Under the pieces are notes generated by a model. That model was given only the letters and a program-made list of their open reading frames with translations. It had not been told where the DNA came from and did not search any database. Below, in pieces: positions 28,858-40,102 of a DNA stretch of 64,000 nucleotides. Where the stretch lies: positions 32,001 through 96,000 of the forward strand of contig JAEOTA010000088.1 in the NCBI GenBank assembly GCA_016840085.1, read 5' to 3'. The stretch comes from Promethearchaeota archaeon. GTDB lineage: Archaea; Asgardarchaeota; Lokiarchaeia; Sigyniarchaeales; SOKP01. Every line of letters starts with the position of its first letter. Position 1 is the first letter of the stretch. The translations under genes and the position numbers were made by a program.

Positions 28858-30981
28858 ATGACGACACCTCTTTCAAGCTCTAGTCAACCGATTAATAAAG
28901 TTCAACGCTTTGAAGATTTTTATCGCTTATTTCAAGAGAAACCAGGAGTATATAAATATCAAGATCAGATAAATGATATCTTTTCAAAAGGAGGAAATTC
29001 ATTAATTATTTTTTATGAGGATCTACTTGCATTTGATCCTCAGATTGCTGATATGTTGAAAAATGATCCTGAATCTTTATTAGAAGACGCTATAGAAGCA
29101 TTTAAAAATATTTTAAAATTTCAAGGGGCATCGTTAAGTAATCAGAACCTTTTTGTAAGAGTAGCAACTAAAGATAAAAAATCTCCTCTGTTAATTCATT
29201 TAAGAATGTTAAGAGCAAAACATATTGATAAATTGATTTGGTCTAAAGGAATTTTAGTAAGAAGTTCCGCGATTAGGCCAAAATTAATAAACGCTACATT
29301 CGAATGTAATTTATGTGGAGCTCAATTTGAAGTGATCCAATTAACATCAAAAATAAGATGGCCAAAATTTTGCACTAACAAACGATGTAAAGCAAAAACC
29401 CAATCAGATTTCCGACTTATATCAAAAAAATCTGAATTTATTGATTGGCAAAGTGTTATGATCCAAGAAATCCCTGAAGATTTACCTTCTGGGAGAATTC
29501 CAAGATCCGTTCAAGTATTATTAACATATGATCTAGTAGATTCTGTCAAACCAGGAGATAGAGTTAATATAATGGGTATTTTTAAATCTGTATTAGCTCA
29601 ATCAACGAAGAGCATCAATTCTACATTATTCAAAACGTATATTAATGTTAATTTTATTGATCCCGAAGACAAAAGTGATGATGTAATTGAACTTTCTAAA
29701 GAAGACAAAGAAAAAATAGAAAAATTATCAAAAGAACCAATGATCCAAAAAAAGATAGCACGTTCAATTGCTCCAAGTATTTATGGAAGAGACAAGTTAA
29801 AAATGGCATGCGCTTTAAGTTTATTTGGAGGAACAAGAAGAAAAAAACCAGGTGGAGGATATAAGCGGGGAGATATTCATTTCCTCGTAGTAGGGGACCC
29901 TGGCACAGGAAAATCAGTAATTTTAAAAGGTGCAATAGAAGTTTCTCCTAGAGGATTATATACTTCAGGTAAGGGTTCCACGGGAGTAGGATTAACTGCT
30001 GCTGTAATAAAAGAAGCAGATACAGGTCAAATGAACCTCGAAGCGGGTGTTGTTGTGCTAGCCAATGGAGGTGTTGCTGCAATTGATGAATTTGATAAAA
30101 TGGACACAGCAGATCGATCTGCGCTGCATGAGGCAATGGAACAACAGACGGTGAGTATTGCCAAGGCAGGAATAGTTGCTACACTAAAAGCTCAGACAGC
30201 AATTATTGCTGCCGCTAATCCTCATTCTGGCAGATATGACAGATATAAAACACCTACACAAAATATCCGTTTGCCACCTTCTCTTTTATCTCGTTTTGAT
30301 TTGATTTTCGTAGTTGTAGATAGACCTAATCCTTCTGAGGATGCACAAATGGCTGAATTCATTTTAAAAAATTCCATGGTTGGACCAGAAGATAATTTCG
30401 AAGAAGAAGATCTTATCTCTCCAATCCCAAAAGATATACTTAAAAAATATATAAAACATGCCAGAAGAATTTGTTTTCCTATTTTATCTGATGAGGCAAA
30501 AGAAAGAATAAAAGAATTTTATTTAGAATTACGTGGTCAATATGATAGTGAAGATGCAATTATTTCCATTTTGGCTAGAAATCTAGATGCACTTGTTAGA
30601 TTATGTGAATCTCACGCAAAAATGGCATTGAGAGATAACGTAACAAAAGAAGATGTCGAAGAAATTATTAAACTATTTAAAAGATATCTTAAAGATACTG
30701 GTTATGATGAAACCACTGGAAAAATTGATATGGATAGAATTTTTGTAGGGCAATCTAGAAGTAACCTTAATAGACTTGAAACATTAATGAATAGATTAAA
30801 GGAGATTTTTGAAGAAAATAATTGGAAATCAATTGAGAAAAATAATATAATTCAAATCTTAGAATTAGAAGAAAGCTTAGATAAGAAGTTTATTGAAAAT
30901 GCCCTTGAAGAACTGATAAAAGAGGGAACCGTTTATGAACCTAAGAATGGATTTCTCAGATTTACAAATAAAGCAGAATAA
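28858..30981 (+). CDS. mcm: Replicative helicase MCM
   Basis: C4 Zn finger, GDPGTGKS, IDEFDKM, SRFD arginine finger, C-terminal wHTH. Confidence 0.97.
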   Translation: MTTPLSSSSQPINKVQRFEDFYRLFQEKPGVYKYQDQINDIFSKGGNSLIIFYEDLLAFDPQIADMLKNDPESLLEDAIEAFKNILKFQGASLSNQNLFVRVATKDKKSPLLIHLRMLRAKHIDKLIWSKGILVRSSAIRPKLINATFECNLCGAQFEVIQLTSKIRWPKFCTNKRCKAKTQSDFRLISKKSEFIDWQSVMIQEIPEDLPSGRIPRSVQVLLTYDLVDSVKPGDRVNIMGIFKSVLAQSTKSINSTLFKTYINVNFIDPEDKSDDVIELSKEDKEKIEKLSKEPMIQKKIARSIAPSIYGRDKLKMACALSLFGGTRRKKPGGGYKRGDIHFLVVGDPGTGKSVILKGAIEVSPRGLYTSGKGSTGVGLTAAVIKEADTGQMNLEAGVVVLANGGVAAIDEFDKMDTADRSALHEAMEQQTVSIAKAGIVATLKAQTAIIAAANPHSGRYDRYKTPTQNIRLPPSLLSRFDLIFVVVDRPNPSEDAQMAEFILKNSMVGPEDNFEEEDLISPIPKDILKKYIKHARRICFPILSDEAKERIKEFYLELRGQYDSEDAIISILARNLDALVRLCESHAKMALRDNVTKEDVEEIIKLFKRYLKDTGYDETTGKIDMDRIFVGQSRSNLNRLETLMNRLKEIFEENNWKSIEKNNIIQILELEESLDKKFIENALEELIKEGTVYEPKNGFLRFTNKAE

Positions 30982-31043
30982 TACTTTTTACTTTTCTATA
31001 AGCTCAATCTTTGCTAATTAATTTTAAATACTCTAATAATATC

Positions 31044-31574
31044 TTAATTATCATGAAAATATTTTATTGCTTCTTCAGAAATAGCTTTAAACGCTAATTC
31101 TACATGGTCTCCTGTTTTTGCTGAAGTATAGAAAGTTGAAATTGAATTTATTCGTTTACCTAAAGAAGTGATTTCTTGTTCATTTAATTCACTTACTAAA
31201 TCATTTTTATTAGCAAGTAATGTTATTGGAGCAGAAGGACAATATTGTTTTATATCAGGAACCCAGAATTCTTCAATCTGAATAAACGTATTTCTCCTTG
31301 TTAAATCCCCGACTAAGAGTATACCTTTAGCTCCAGCATAATACGCATATCTCATTTTAATCCAGCGTTCTTGTCCAGCAATATCCCATATTTGAAGTGT
31401 TATTCTAACTTTGTTGTCTAAGATAATATTTTTAATATATATGTTTGTCCCAATACTTGAACGATAATCTCTTGTAAATTGACCCGAAACAAATTTCTTA
31501 ACTAAGCTTGTCTTACCAACGGCGGGATCTCCAATTAAAATGATTTTTAATGTAAATTTCTTGGTGTTGCTCAT
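31044..31574 (-). CDS. Rab-like small GTPase
   Basis: GDPAVGKT, WDIAGQE, NKND, TSAK; no C-terminal Cys prenylation motif. Confidence 0.93.
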   Translation of the reverse strand: MSNTKKFTLKIILIGDPAVGKTSLVKKFVSGQFTRDYRSSIGTNIYIKNIILDNKVRITLQIWDIAGQERWIKMRYAYYAGAKGILLVGDLTRRNTFIQIEEFWVPDIKQYCPSAPITLLANKNDLVSELNEQEITSLGKRINSISTFYTSAKTGDHVELAFKAISEEAIKYFHDN

Positions 31575-31692
31575 ATATAATTTATTTTATGAAGAAAGTT
31601 TTTTAAGTTTATATATAAATATTAAAATAATTAAATTCTAAAATTAAATAAAAGAATTGAGAACTTTAAAAATAAGATAGTGATCATTTGTT

Positions 31693-32787
31693 ATGACTAC
31701 AGGTATAGTATATGATGATATTTATCTTGAACACAGAATTGGAACTCATGTTGAAAGTCATTTTAGACTCATTGAAATTATGGATTTCTTGAAAAGCAAT
31801 AAAATATTTGAAAATCCTAATTTTAAGTTGATTAAACCTAGGTTAGCTTCATTAGATCAAATTAAATACGTTCATGAAGAGAGCTTGATTAATGAAGTTA
31901 GAGAAATAAGTGATTTAGCAGAAAAAACAGCCCGTATCCAAAGCCTCGACATGGACACGAGTGTATCTTCCAAAACATATGAAGCATCTTTATACTCAGT
32001 AGGAGGTAATTTGCAAGCCATAGATGAGATCCTGAGTGGAAATATTCAAAATGGATTCGCATTAGTAAGACCTCCTGGGCACCATTCTAATTCTTTTAGA
32101 TGTGCTGGCTTCTGTATATTCAATAATATAGCAATCGGTGCAGAATACCTCTTTAGAGAAAAGAATGTAAAAAAAGTAGCAATAATAGATTGGGATTGTC
32201 ACCATGGTAATGGAACACAAGATATTTTTTATCATGGTTCGAAATCTAAAGAAGGGCAATTAATTATATTTAATTCTCATCAGGATGGTAGAACACTTTA
32301 CCCGGGAAGCGGTTTTATTGGTGAAACAGGTTCAGGAAAGGGAGAAGGTAAAATAATTAATTACCCCATGCCCCCTAACGCAGCTGATGATGCAATTATT
32401 ATTTATTTTGACGAAATTATTTCACCGATCTTATCAGAATTTAAACCCGAATTTATTCTCATTTCTGCAGGATTTGATACTCATTGGACAGATGAACTCA
32501 CCAATATGGGTTGGACTATTCAGGGCCCAGCAAATTATTTAAAAAGGATTAAAAAAGTCGCTGAGGAATACGCGAATGATCGGATATTAATTACACTTGA
32601 GGGAGGGTACCAAATTGATAAACAAGCAAGAGCAGTTTATAACTGTTTAAGAGTTCTTAATAATGAAGAAGAAAACTTAATTCTTGAGAAGTCAAGATCA
32701 TCAGAACAAGCACTATTAGATTATTTAAATAAGAAGCTAATTCCTGCATTAAAGGATAAATTAAGTTCTTATTGGAATTGCTTTTAA
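31693..32787 (+). CDS. Zn-dependent histone deacetylase family protein
   Basis: RPPGHH, GFCIFNN, DWDCHHGNGTQ, SAGFD, LEGGY. Confidence 0.95.
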   Translation: MTTGIVYDDIYLEHRIGTHVESHFRLIEIMDFLKSNKIFENPNFKLIKPRLASLDQIKYVHEESLINEVREISDLAEKTARIQSLDMDTSVSSKTYEASLYSVGGNLQAIDEILSGNIQNGFALVRPPGHHSNSFRCAGFCIFNNIAIGAEYLFREKNVKKVAIIDWDCHHGNGTQDIFYHGSKSKEGQLIIFNSHQDGRTLYPGSGFIGETGSGKGEGKIINYPMPPNAADDAIIIYFDEIISPILSEFKPEFILISAGFDTHWTDELTNMGWTIQGPANYLKRIKKVAEEYANDRILITLEGGYQIDKQARAVYNCLRVLNNEEENLILEKSRSSEQALLDYLNKKLIPALKDKLSSYWNCF

Positions 32788-32903
32788 TATCACCTATTCA
32801 AAACTATATTATATTATAATTATGGTATAATTTTATAAACTTACATCCCATATTTATGTTAGAAAAGTATGTTATAAATTAATTTAAAAATGAGGAGATA
32901 ATT

Positions 32904-33827
32904 TTGTCGAACGAATATGAGAGAAATGATGATGAAAAAAAGAAAAAGAAACAAGTGATACCCCCTCAAATGCCACCTCCCTCAGTCACACCGTTAACTC
33001 CTCCTCCTTCAATGCCTCCTCCTTCAGAAACTCCCCCCATGACACCCCCTCCATCTCGACCTCCATTAGAATCTACTGTGAGTCCTCCGTCTATGGAAGC
33101 ACCACCTCCACCCATTACAGAAACTATTACTCCAACTTTAATGGAACCTATACCAACTGCTCCAATAGGACCATCACAAGAAGATTATGACTCAGTATTA
33201 ACCCGACTCCAAGATAAAGATTCTAATATAAATCAATTGCAAAATCAAGTAAGCAATTTAAATGTTCAAATATCTCAATATAATGCTCAACTAAAAGAGA
33301 GAGATAACCAAGTGACTCGATTAAGTAACCAAGTGCAATCTCTTCAAACTTCAGCTGAAGCATATCAACAACAAGTAAATCAACTTACAAGTGAAAATGC
33401 TCAATTACAAGCACATATTCCTGGATTACAACAACAAGTACAAGAATTGCAGCAACATAATTCGATGTTACAACAGCAAATTGGACCTTTGCAAGCTCAA
33501 ATCACTAAATTACAAGAAGAAATCGCATATAAAGAGAAACGAATTGAAGAATTAAAAGAACCAAAAGCAGTTATGCCCTCCAGTTTAGCTCAAGGGATCA
33601 CGTCTCAAACAACTAGCTATGGAACTACACCTTCTTATACACCCTCACCAACAACAACCCCTAGTCAATCCGTACAGACTGGTGCTGGACGAAGAATTTG
33701 TCCTAATTGTGGAGCTTCGGGTTTTGCTATTAAAGAAGTTGAAGATAAAACTAAAATAATTAGTTATATCCCTAAACCTATTTATGCTAAAAAATCTGTA
33801 TGTACTAAATGTGGATTTGAATTTTAA
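32904..33827 (+). CDS. Proline-rich / coiled-coil / C-terminal Zn-ribbon protein
   Basis: PPPS repeats, about 120 aa of Gln-rich heptads, CPNC...CTKC. Confidence 0.8.
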   Translation: MSNEYERNDDEKKKKKQVIPPQMPPPSVTPLTPPPSMPPPSETPPMTPPPSRPPLESTVSPPSMEAPPPPITETITPTLMEPIPTAPIGPSQEDYDSVLTRLQDKDSNINQLQNQVSNLNVQISQYNAQLKERDNQVTRLSNQVQSLQTSAEAYQQQVNQLTSENAQLQAHIPGLQQQVQELQQHNSMLQQQIGPLQAQITKLQEEIAYKEKRIEELKEPKAVMPSSLAQGITSQTTSYGTTPSYTPSPTTTPSQSVQTGAGRRICPNCGASGFAIKEVEDKTKIISYIPKPIYAKKSVCTKCGFEF

Positions 33828-34074
33828 TAAATCAAATATGTTATTTTTTATCACTTTTAAGAAAATTTTAATTCTATTTGAGATTTAATTGTATAAGTTA
33901 ATCTAATTCACAAATCCATCTTCCACATCAATCGATTAACCATTATAATCTCAATTTTAGTTTAAAATGTTAAATTTTAAAAGGTTATAATTTAATATAG
34001 TATGTGGAAAATTATATATATAATAATTTTAATTAATATTCTAAGCTCTTTTTGGTTAATAGATAAGTTGATTA

Positions 34075-37000
34075 TTGTTTAGTATGTCAGAATTAAGAGA
34101 GGAGTTATTAGCTGGGGGAATTAATAAAAAGAGAATAATTGGACTTGTGCTCGTTGCTGCTATATTAATTTCCATATTTACCTTTTCAGTAGTGGCTGTT
34201 AGTCTATTGTTTGGTACCCAACGAACGAAACCTAATAAAGAAAAAGCTGAAACCGATCCTGAAGATGCGATATTAGTAATACCTCCCCTTCCGCTTGACT
34301 TTTTTGAACAATTATTGGAATATTTCCAGAATGATCCAGAAGCATTACAACAAATCATTGATTCTTTAAGTGATATGTTTGATGGGGACATTGATAATTT
34401 TGATTTAAGTGATTATTCAGAAGCTCTTCTTCTACTTGGAGCATTAGCGGGGGGTGCAGCAGCTGAACAAGAAGTGTTCAGATTTTATAATACTACTGAT
34501 CCTTTTTATACCGATATTAATAGTAATAAATTAACAGGCGTTTTATGGAGAATGGAATGTTTTGATCAATTCACTGGTGATGAATGGCAGTCAACAGCGA
34601 GTAAAGGATTTTATGATTTTTACCCTTATAGTGATTATTATTCTAAATATTCCTATTTAGATTTATTTAGGATGAAGATACCGTTATCCCCAACTCCAGG
34701 AACGGCAAATTCAATGGTAATTCCTGCACTATTTCCAATTCCATTCATAATGGAAAATAGTCTATTTGCCCCCAATTTAATCCCTGAATCGACAATCTTG
34801 TATAGAGATGATTTTAATTGTACGACTGTCGACCTTGACTTTACAAGTGATGAATCCGTTAATATGACATATGAAACATTTGGATTAGATTTACCCTCTA
34901 ATAATGATATTAATAATAGTGCGATTCATTCATCTTATACTCCAAATGTCATAAAAGATTTATTTTTACAATTACCACCTTCCATCAATGAATATCTTAA
35001 CTCACATCCTCTATTTAAATCTCATTATGATATTTTAGACACAAAAATAGAGGATAATGATAATGCTTTTGAGGTAGCCAACAAAATAAGAAATTATCTT
35101 CAAACCAACTTTGAGGTTGGGTATGATGCTTTAATGAACGATCCTCAAGAAGATGGAGAAGATATCGTAGATTGGTTCTTGGAACATGAAGAGGGATTAT
35201 GGGCTGAATGGGCTTCCACTTATTGTGCTTTTACAAGAGCCTTTAATGTGCCAAGTCGCTTTGTGGATGGATTTAGAACTGATTTTTTAGGAGAAGTTGA
35301 TGAAATTTATGATGCCGATGAAGGCAGAAATTCTGTCTTGATAAAATATAAACACTTATACAATTGGGCCGAAGTTTTTATTCCTACAGATGTATCAGGG
35401 AATGGTCAATGGGTCCAAATGGATACTATTTTTGATAATTTTGGAGGAGGTCCTATTGAACCTCCAATAAGTCTTTTCAATATAGATATAATCTCAAATT
35501 TTACAGCCGGTTATCGACCTCAAGTAGCTGAATTAACTGCTACTTTGAGTTCTCCAACAGGAGGATCTGTTGAGAATAAAACAATTAATTTTTATGATCA
35601 TACTTCAGAAGTAGCTATTGGTAGCGCTTTAACAAATCAATATGGCAATGCGTCAATTCTAGTTGATATTGATGATTCTCAAGTTGTTGGTCCTCATTTT
35701 ATTAGTGCTTCATATCAACTATCAACTAATTTTACTTATTTTGTAGTTTACGGTGATATTGATGTGTCTCTTACAAGTGTAAATCCAACAATGATTAATC
35801 GCTCAATTAGTAATACTACCCGTATTCAGGGATTTGTTAATGATCCTATAGCTAATCAGAGAGTGATAAATGCTACCGTTGAATTCGTTTTATTAGAAAA
35901 AATCTCACAGAATATAATGCCCTGGCCTTTTGATATTACTTATACCAATACAGATGATAATGGTGATTTCGATGAATATGTGAATGTAAACTCTTGGATT
36001 CCTAAGGGATTTTACGAAATTCGGGTTGATTTTAATGGCTCTTGGGGTGGTTGGCCCGTAGCTTTCGGTATTATGAATGATTCAAGCAATAGAATAGATT
36101 TTAATATAACCGAAGAACCTACTTTTAATGTATGGTTTTATATTAACAACTTTGAAGCAGATTATTATGAGAATCCTCGTGTTTCGAGGTATTCAACACT
36201 TAAATTAAAAGCTCGAATACTTAATGAAACAGGAGATCCGGTCCCCGGCGAATTAGTTCAATTTTATGACCATTCTCTTGATAAACCTATAGGTAGTAAT
36301 ACTACAGATCTAAATGGAATTACAACTTATGATTATGATGTTGATAGTAATACTGCTGGCCCTAATTTATTATATGCGAAATTAGGAAAAGTAAGGAATT
36401 ATTCCTATTTCATTCTTGATGCCCCGATTAACATAAATCTTGATATGTGGCCTCTAAATCGGGAGATTAATAAATCTGGTACAATTGATAGAACCTTTTT
36501 TATTCATGGATTTCTAAATGATGCTGTAAATTCTCAGCCAATCAAAAATGGTGAAATATCAATTCATATGTTCGATACTTCTACTTCTACTGAAATATTT
36601 AATGGGCTAATTTTAGAAAGTGGATCTTATCAATCTGATGTGAATGGAGAGATATATGCTGTATTTAGCATTGCTACTTTTGTTAATATTGGAAATTATA
36701 CTTTAGAAGTATGGTTCAATGGAACATTTTATACCCCGCCTCCGAAACCATATGCGTTCTATTTATCTTATGTTAGTAACTTTTCAGTTGCTGTTAATTC
36801 TGATTATGAGTTAAAAGTATTTGATCCTGATCTTGTTATTATTATTTTTAAGATTGAGGGAAATCATAGATCACTATTTTATGATTATTTTAATCCTCCA
36901 GCAACATACAAACGAGGAGAAAATGCAACCTTTGATGTAAGGATAAATCAGAGTGGAAGTTATGCTCCAGCGGGCTCAATCGTGCGTCTTAGGGATGTAT

Positions 37001-37896
37001 ATACAGGTAATATTTTAGGTTTTTCTCATACTTTTGTAGTTGGAGATTTTGGATATCATCAATTTGTTATTAATACTACCACTCCAGCACTTTATGCAGG
37101 TTTGCACTATATTGAGGTAGAATATGAATATAATTCCATTGTTTATCCTTATAATTCAACATATATTATTATTAATGAAACAGTTAGTATCAGTGGTAGT
37201 TCAACTGATTATTATGTTTTTAGAAATAATAATATTTTTACCATTTCAGGAACCTTATCTGATCTTACAGAAAATCTTAGAGGATTACAGGTAGAAATAA
37301 TACTCCTCGATAGCATAGGAACAGACGTTTCCGTTCACCTTGATTTATTTGATCCCAAAATTCAATTTATTAATGATGCTGGAGATTACTCATATACCAG
37401 CATGATTTTCCAAATTTGTCCTCAAGGATCATATGATATTTTAATTAATTTCACAGGAAGAATAGAACATTCAGATGGAATTCTATTGGTTTCTTTGTCA
37501 AATCCTTACATGGTTAGTTCCAATAGTGCACTTATACACCTTGATATTATAGCTGATACTAATATTAATGGGAATTATGAGACATTAAATTATCCAGAAG
37601 GTTGGTGGTATGGGGACACTTGTTCTGTATATGGGTATTTAACCTGGGATAATGGAAGTGCCATTGCAGGAATGGAAATAAATGTCACAATAAGAGATGG
37701 TAATGGCAATATTTTAGCAACTCTAACAAATACTACAGATGGCAGTGGATATTTTATTATTAATTTTATTGTAGGGAGTTGGCTCGAAGATACTGAAGTA
37801 TGGGTTTACTTCTTCCCTGAAGATCCAGCTAATTTTGGACCTATTGATGGACTTTATGTAGATCCTGTTCAGGAGCAATTAACTAGAATTGTATAG
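34075..37896 (+). CDS. Membrane-anchored transglutaminase-like protein with a long beta-rich (Ig-like) extracellular region; catalytic residues substituted
   Basis: N-terminal TM; DIVDWFL...GLWAEWAS...PSRFVDGF...YNWAEV..WVQMD; repeated T.T..NG strands and many N-x-S/T sequons. Confidence 0.8.
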   Translation: MFSMSELREELLAGGINKKRIIGLVLVAAILISIFTFSVVAVSLLFGTQRTKPNKEKAETDPEDAILVIPPLPLDFFEQLLEYFQNDPEALQQIIDSLSDMFDGDIDNFDLSDYSEALLLLGALAGGAAAEQEVFRFYNTTDPFYTDINSNKLTGVLWRMECFDQFTGDEWQSTASKGFYDFYPYSDYYSKYSYLDLFRMKIPLSPTPGTANSMVIPALFPIPFIMENSLFAPNLIPESTILYRDDFNCTTVDLDFTSDESVNMTYETFGLDLPSNNDINNSAIHSSYTPNVIKDLFLQLPPSINEYLNSHPLFKSHYDILDTKIEDNDNAFEVANKIRNYLQTNFEVGYDALMNDPQEDGEDIVDWFLEHEEGLWAEWASTYCAFTRAFNVPSRFVDGFRTDFLGEVDEIYDADEGRNSVLIKYKHLYNWAEVFIPTDVSGNGQWVQMDTIFDNFGGGPIEPPISLFNIDIISNFTAGYRPQVAELTATLSSPTGGSVENKTINFYDHTSEVAIGSALTNQYGNASILVDIDDSQVVGPHFISASYQLSTNFTYFVVYGDIDVSLTSVNPTMINRSISNTTRIQGFVNDPIANQRVINATVEFVLLEKISQNIMPWPFDITYTNTDDNGDFDEYVNVNSWIPKGFYEIRVDFNGSWGGWPVAFGIMNDSSNRIDFNITEEPTFNVWFYINNFEADYYENPRVSRYSTLKLKARILNETGDPVPGELVQFYDHSLDKPIGSNTTDLNGITTYDYDVDSNTAGPNLLYAKLGKVRNYSYFILDAPININLDMWPLNREINKSGTIDRTFFIHGFLNDAVNSQPIKNGEISIHMFDTSTSTEIFNGLILESGSYQSDVNGEIYAVFSIATFVNIGNYTLEVWFNGTFYTPPPKPYAFYLSYVSNFSVAVNSDYELKVFDPDLVIIIFKIEGNHRSLFYDYFNPPATYKRGENATFDVRINQSGSYAPAGSIVRLRDVYTGNILGFSHTFVVGDFGYHQFVINTTTPALYAGLHYIEVEYEYNSIVYPYNSTYIIINETVSISGSSTDYYVFRNNNIFTISGTLSDLTENLRGLQVEIILLDSIGTDVSVHLDLFDPKIQFINDAGDYSYTSMIFQICPQGSYDILINFTGRIEHSDGILLVSLSNPYMVSSNSALIHLDIIADTNINGNYETLNYPEGWWYGDTCSVYGYLTWDNGSAIAGMEINVTIRDGNGNILATLTNTTDGSGYFIINFIVGSWLEDTEVWVYFFPEDPANFGPIDGLYVDPVQEQLTRIV

Positions 37897-37931
37897 TATT
37901 AAATATATAGATAAGGTGATAAAAAAGAAGG

Positions 37932-39551
37932 ATGAAATTTCATAAAATAAAAGAAATTCATAAGTGTAATCATCTAAGAATGAAAACATACCTTATCTTT
38001 CTAATTTTAATTTTTTTAATAGGCTATATTAACATTAATTTTATTTTTAAAAACTATAACTTTCAAAATAAAGCAGTTCTAAATAATCATGAAAATCCAA
38101 AACCTTCATGGATTTGGGCGCAATTAGATCTTACAAATCCAGCCGAAATTAATAATTCTCAATTCCCTCATTATATAAGTATAAATGTAGAAGGAAGGGT
38201 ATACAATCCATATGCTCCAATTGCTAATGATGGGCTACGAGTAGAGATAGTTGTTGATGGAGAGACTGATTCACGTTATTCAGATTTAACAGATTCTGAT
38301 GGTAATTTTAGTATTAATTATATAGTTGATCCTTCTCTGGATGTATATATAAGTCATATAATTGAAGCAGTTGTGTCTGATCCTGAACCTGGAGGACCTG
38401 GCAGTGAAATTCAATATCATCACTTTTATATTATAGATGTAAATGCAACTTCATACCTTGACACTTCATATTCAGATCATCTATACATGTCAGGTGAAAT
38501 GTTTCCTATAGGTGGGTATTTGAGGTATGATAACGAAAATGGTACTGGGATTTTAAACAAACAAATAAATTATAATTGGTATAATAGTTCATATAATTGG
38601 TCGACCAGTTCTTTTTTTACAGATTCTAATGATGGATCTCTTACGACAGATTTACGAATCCCTACTAATGTTTCACAGATAATTAGTTTAAATTTAACCT
38701 TTCCTGGAGATCCCTATTATATTGGAAACTCGGAAATTACAATCCCTAAAATAACATTATTTTCAGGTGTAATATGGCAAAATATAGAGATACCAACTAA
38801 AGCTTCTGAGGGAGATAATATCACAATTTCAGGACAGATTATTTCGAGAGATAATACATCTCTTAAATTATACAATAGAACTGTTATTATCTCATATGAA
38901 GGAAATCAAGTTGATGATATTGAGACTGACTCGGATGGATATTTTACTACTACATACACAATTCGATCTGGAGCAGGTAATAGGACTATTCGAATTAGTT
39001 TAGTCAATACTGCAGGATTAGATATTTCTGTTGAACAAGATATAAATATTACAGCAGCTACTTATGTTCCTAGACCTTCAAACGAATTACCCCCTTTTTT
39101 CCTTTTTTCTGTAATATTCTTTCCAATTTTAGCAGTTATAGTAGGCGTTTTAACTGTGTATGGAATTCGATATTATAAAAGACAGGAAAAAGAATCTAAA
39201 GTTGTTGATTTGCCTCTCGAATCAAAGCTAATTAACCTTAAAATTCTTAAAGATACAGGAAGATTAGAAGAATCTTTATCATATTTATTTAATGCAATTT
39301 TTATGGATTTAATAAATGCAAAATATGGGAGAACTAGAAAAGAAACTGAGACAATTAGAGATTTTGCAATAATTTCTGTAAAAGAATTAAAATTAACTCC
39401 CGCTGCAATATACCCATTTATTCAAAAAGTTGAAGAAGTAATTTATGCAAAACCTTATAAAATTACTGATAACGATTTTTATGAAACATGTGGGCTGTTT
39501 TCACCAATATACTTCCAATTAACAGGATATAATTTTGTATTAAATTTTTAA
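37932..39551 (+). CDS. Membrane protein with Ig-like domains and a C-terminal DUF4129-like domain
   Basis: TM at both ends, TDSDG.F repeats, and a tail ETIRDFA...YPFIQKVEEVIY. Confidence 0.7.
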   Translation: MKFHKIKEIHKCNHLRMKTYLIFLILIFLIGYININFIFKNYNFQNKAVLNNHENPKPSWIWAQLDLTNPAEINNSQFPHYISINVEGRVYNPYAPIANDGLRVEIVVDGETDSRYSDLTDSDGNFSINYIVDPSLDVYISHIIEAVVSDPEPGGPGSEIQYHHFYIIDVNATSYLDTSYSDHLYMSGEMFPIGGYLRYDNENGTGILNKQINYNWYNSSYNWSTSSFFTDSNDGSLTTDLRIPTNVSQIISLNLTFPGDPYYIGNSEITIPKITLFSGVIWQNIEIPTKASEGDNITISGQIISRDNTSLKLYNRTVIISYEGNQVDDIETDSDGYFTTTYTIRSGAGNRTIRISLVNTAGLDISVEQDINITAATYVPRPSNELPPFFLFSVIFFPILAVIVGVLTVYGIRYYKRQEKESKVVDLPLESKLINLKILKDTGRLEESLSYLFNAIFMDLINAKYGRTRKETETIRDFAIISVKELKLTPAAIYPFIQKVEEVIYAKPYKITDNDFYETCGLFSPIYFQLTGYNFVLNF

Positions 39552-39662
39552 ATTCAAATTAACCTAAAGGTAATATAAATCAAAAGAAGTACAAAAAATT
39601 ATAAATTCAAAAAAAATTATTAAATAAATTGTTTAAAAAAATTACAGAAATAGGTAAAAAAA

Positions 39663-40040
39663 ATGGCGAAAAAGAAGAAAAAGAAACCGGAACCAGAGAT
39701 TGATATCAAACAGAGACTAGATAATGTCAAAGTATTAGTAGAATCTAATAGAGCTAAGGAAGCTATCGCTTACATATACCTCGTTTATGATGATCTTATC
39801 AATATTAAATTTAAAAAACCTAGATCGGCTCATCAAACTATTAGAGAATATGCGATTACATGCGTAAATGAATTAGAAAAAAAATTAAAACCAGAATCTG
39901 TGTACCCTTTTATTAAAAAAATAGAAGATATCATTTATGGCGGAGTTGAACCAACTAATAAAGAATTAAACTTTACTATTGATTTATTCTCAAATTTATA
40001 CAATGAAATTACGGGTAAAACAGTCTCGTTTAAAATATGA
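39663..40040 (+). CDS. Stand-alone DUF4129-like protein
   Basis: QTIREYA...YPFIKKIEDIIYG, paralogous to the tail of the preceding gene. Confidence 0.7.
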   Translation: MAKKKKKKPEPEIDIKQRLDNVKVLVESNRAKEAIAYIYLVYDDLINIKFKKPRSAHQTIREYAITCVNELEKKLKPESVYPFIKKIEDIIYGGVEPTNKELNFTIDLFSNLYNEITGKTVSFKI

Positions 40041-40102
40041 AATTTTTTGCTTAAAAAATTTAATAAATTAAGTTTAAAATAATAAATTTAAGTTAGAAAA
40101 AA

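Noticed and set aside
18940-30981. Inteins explaining the long Top6B or within MCM
   Set aside because: No C/S...HN splice motifs or LAGLIDADG blocks; MCM is of normal length.
1402-31574. ICMT plus Rab-like GTPase as a prenylation pathway
   Set aside because: The GTPase has no CAAX/CC tail, the genes are 29 kb apart, and ICMT-family proteins are common in prokaryotes.
32950-33120. CCT/CCA-rich DNA repeats
   Set aside because: Explained by polyproline coding; not an independent repeat element.
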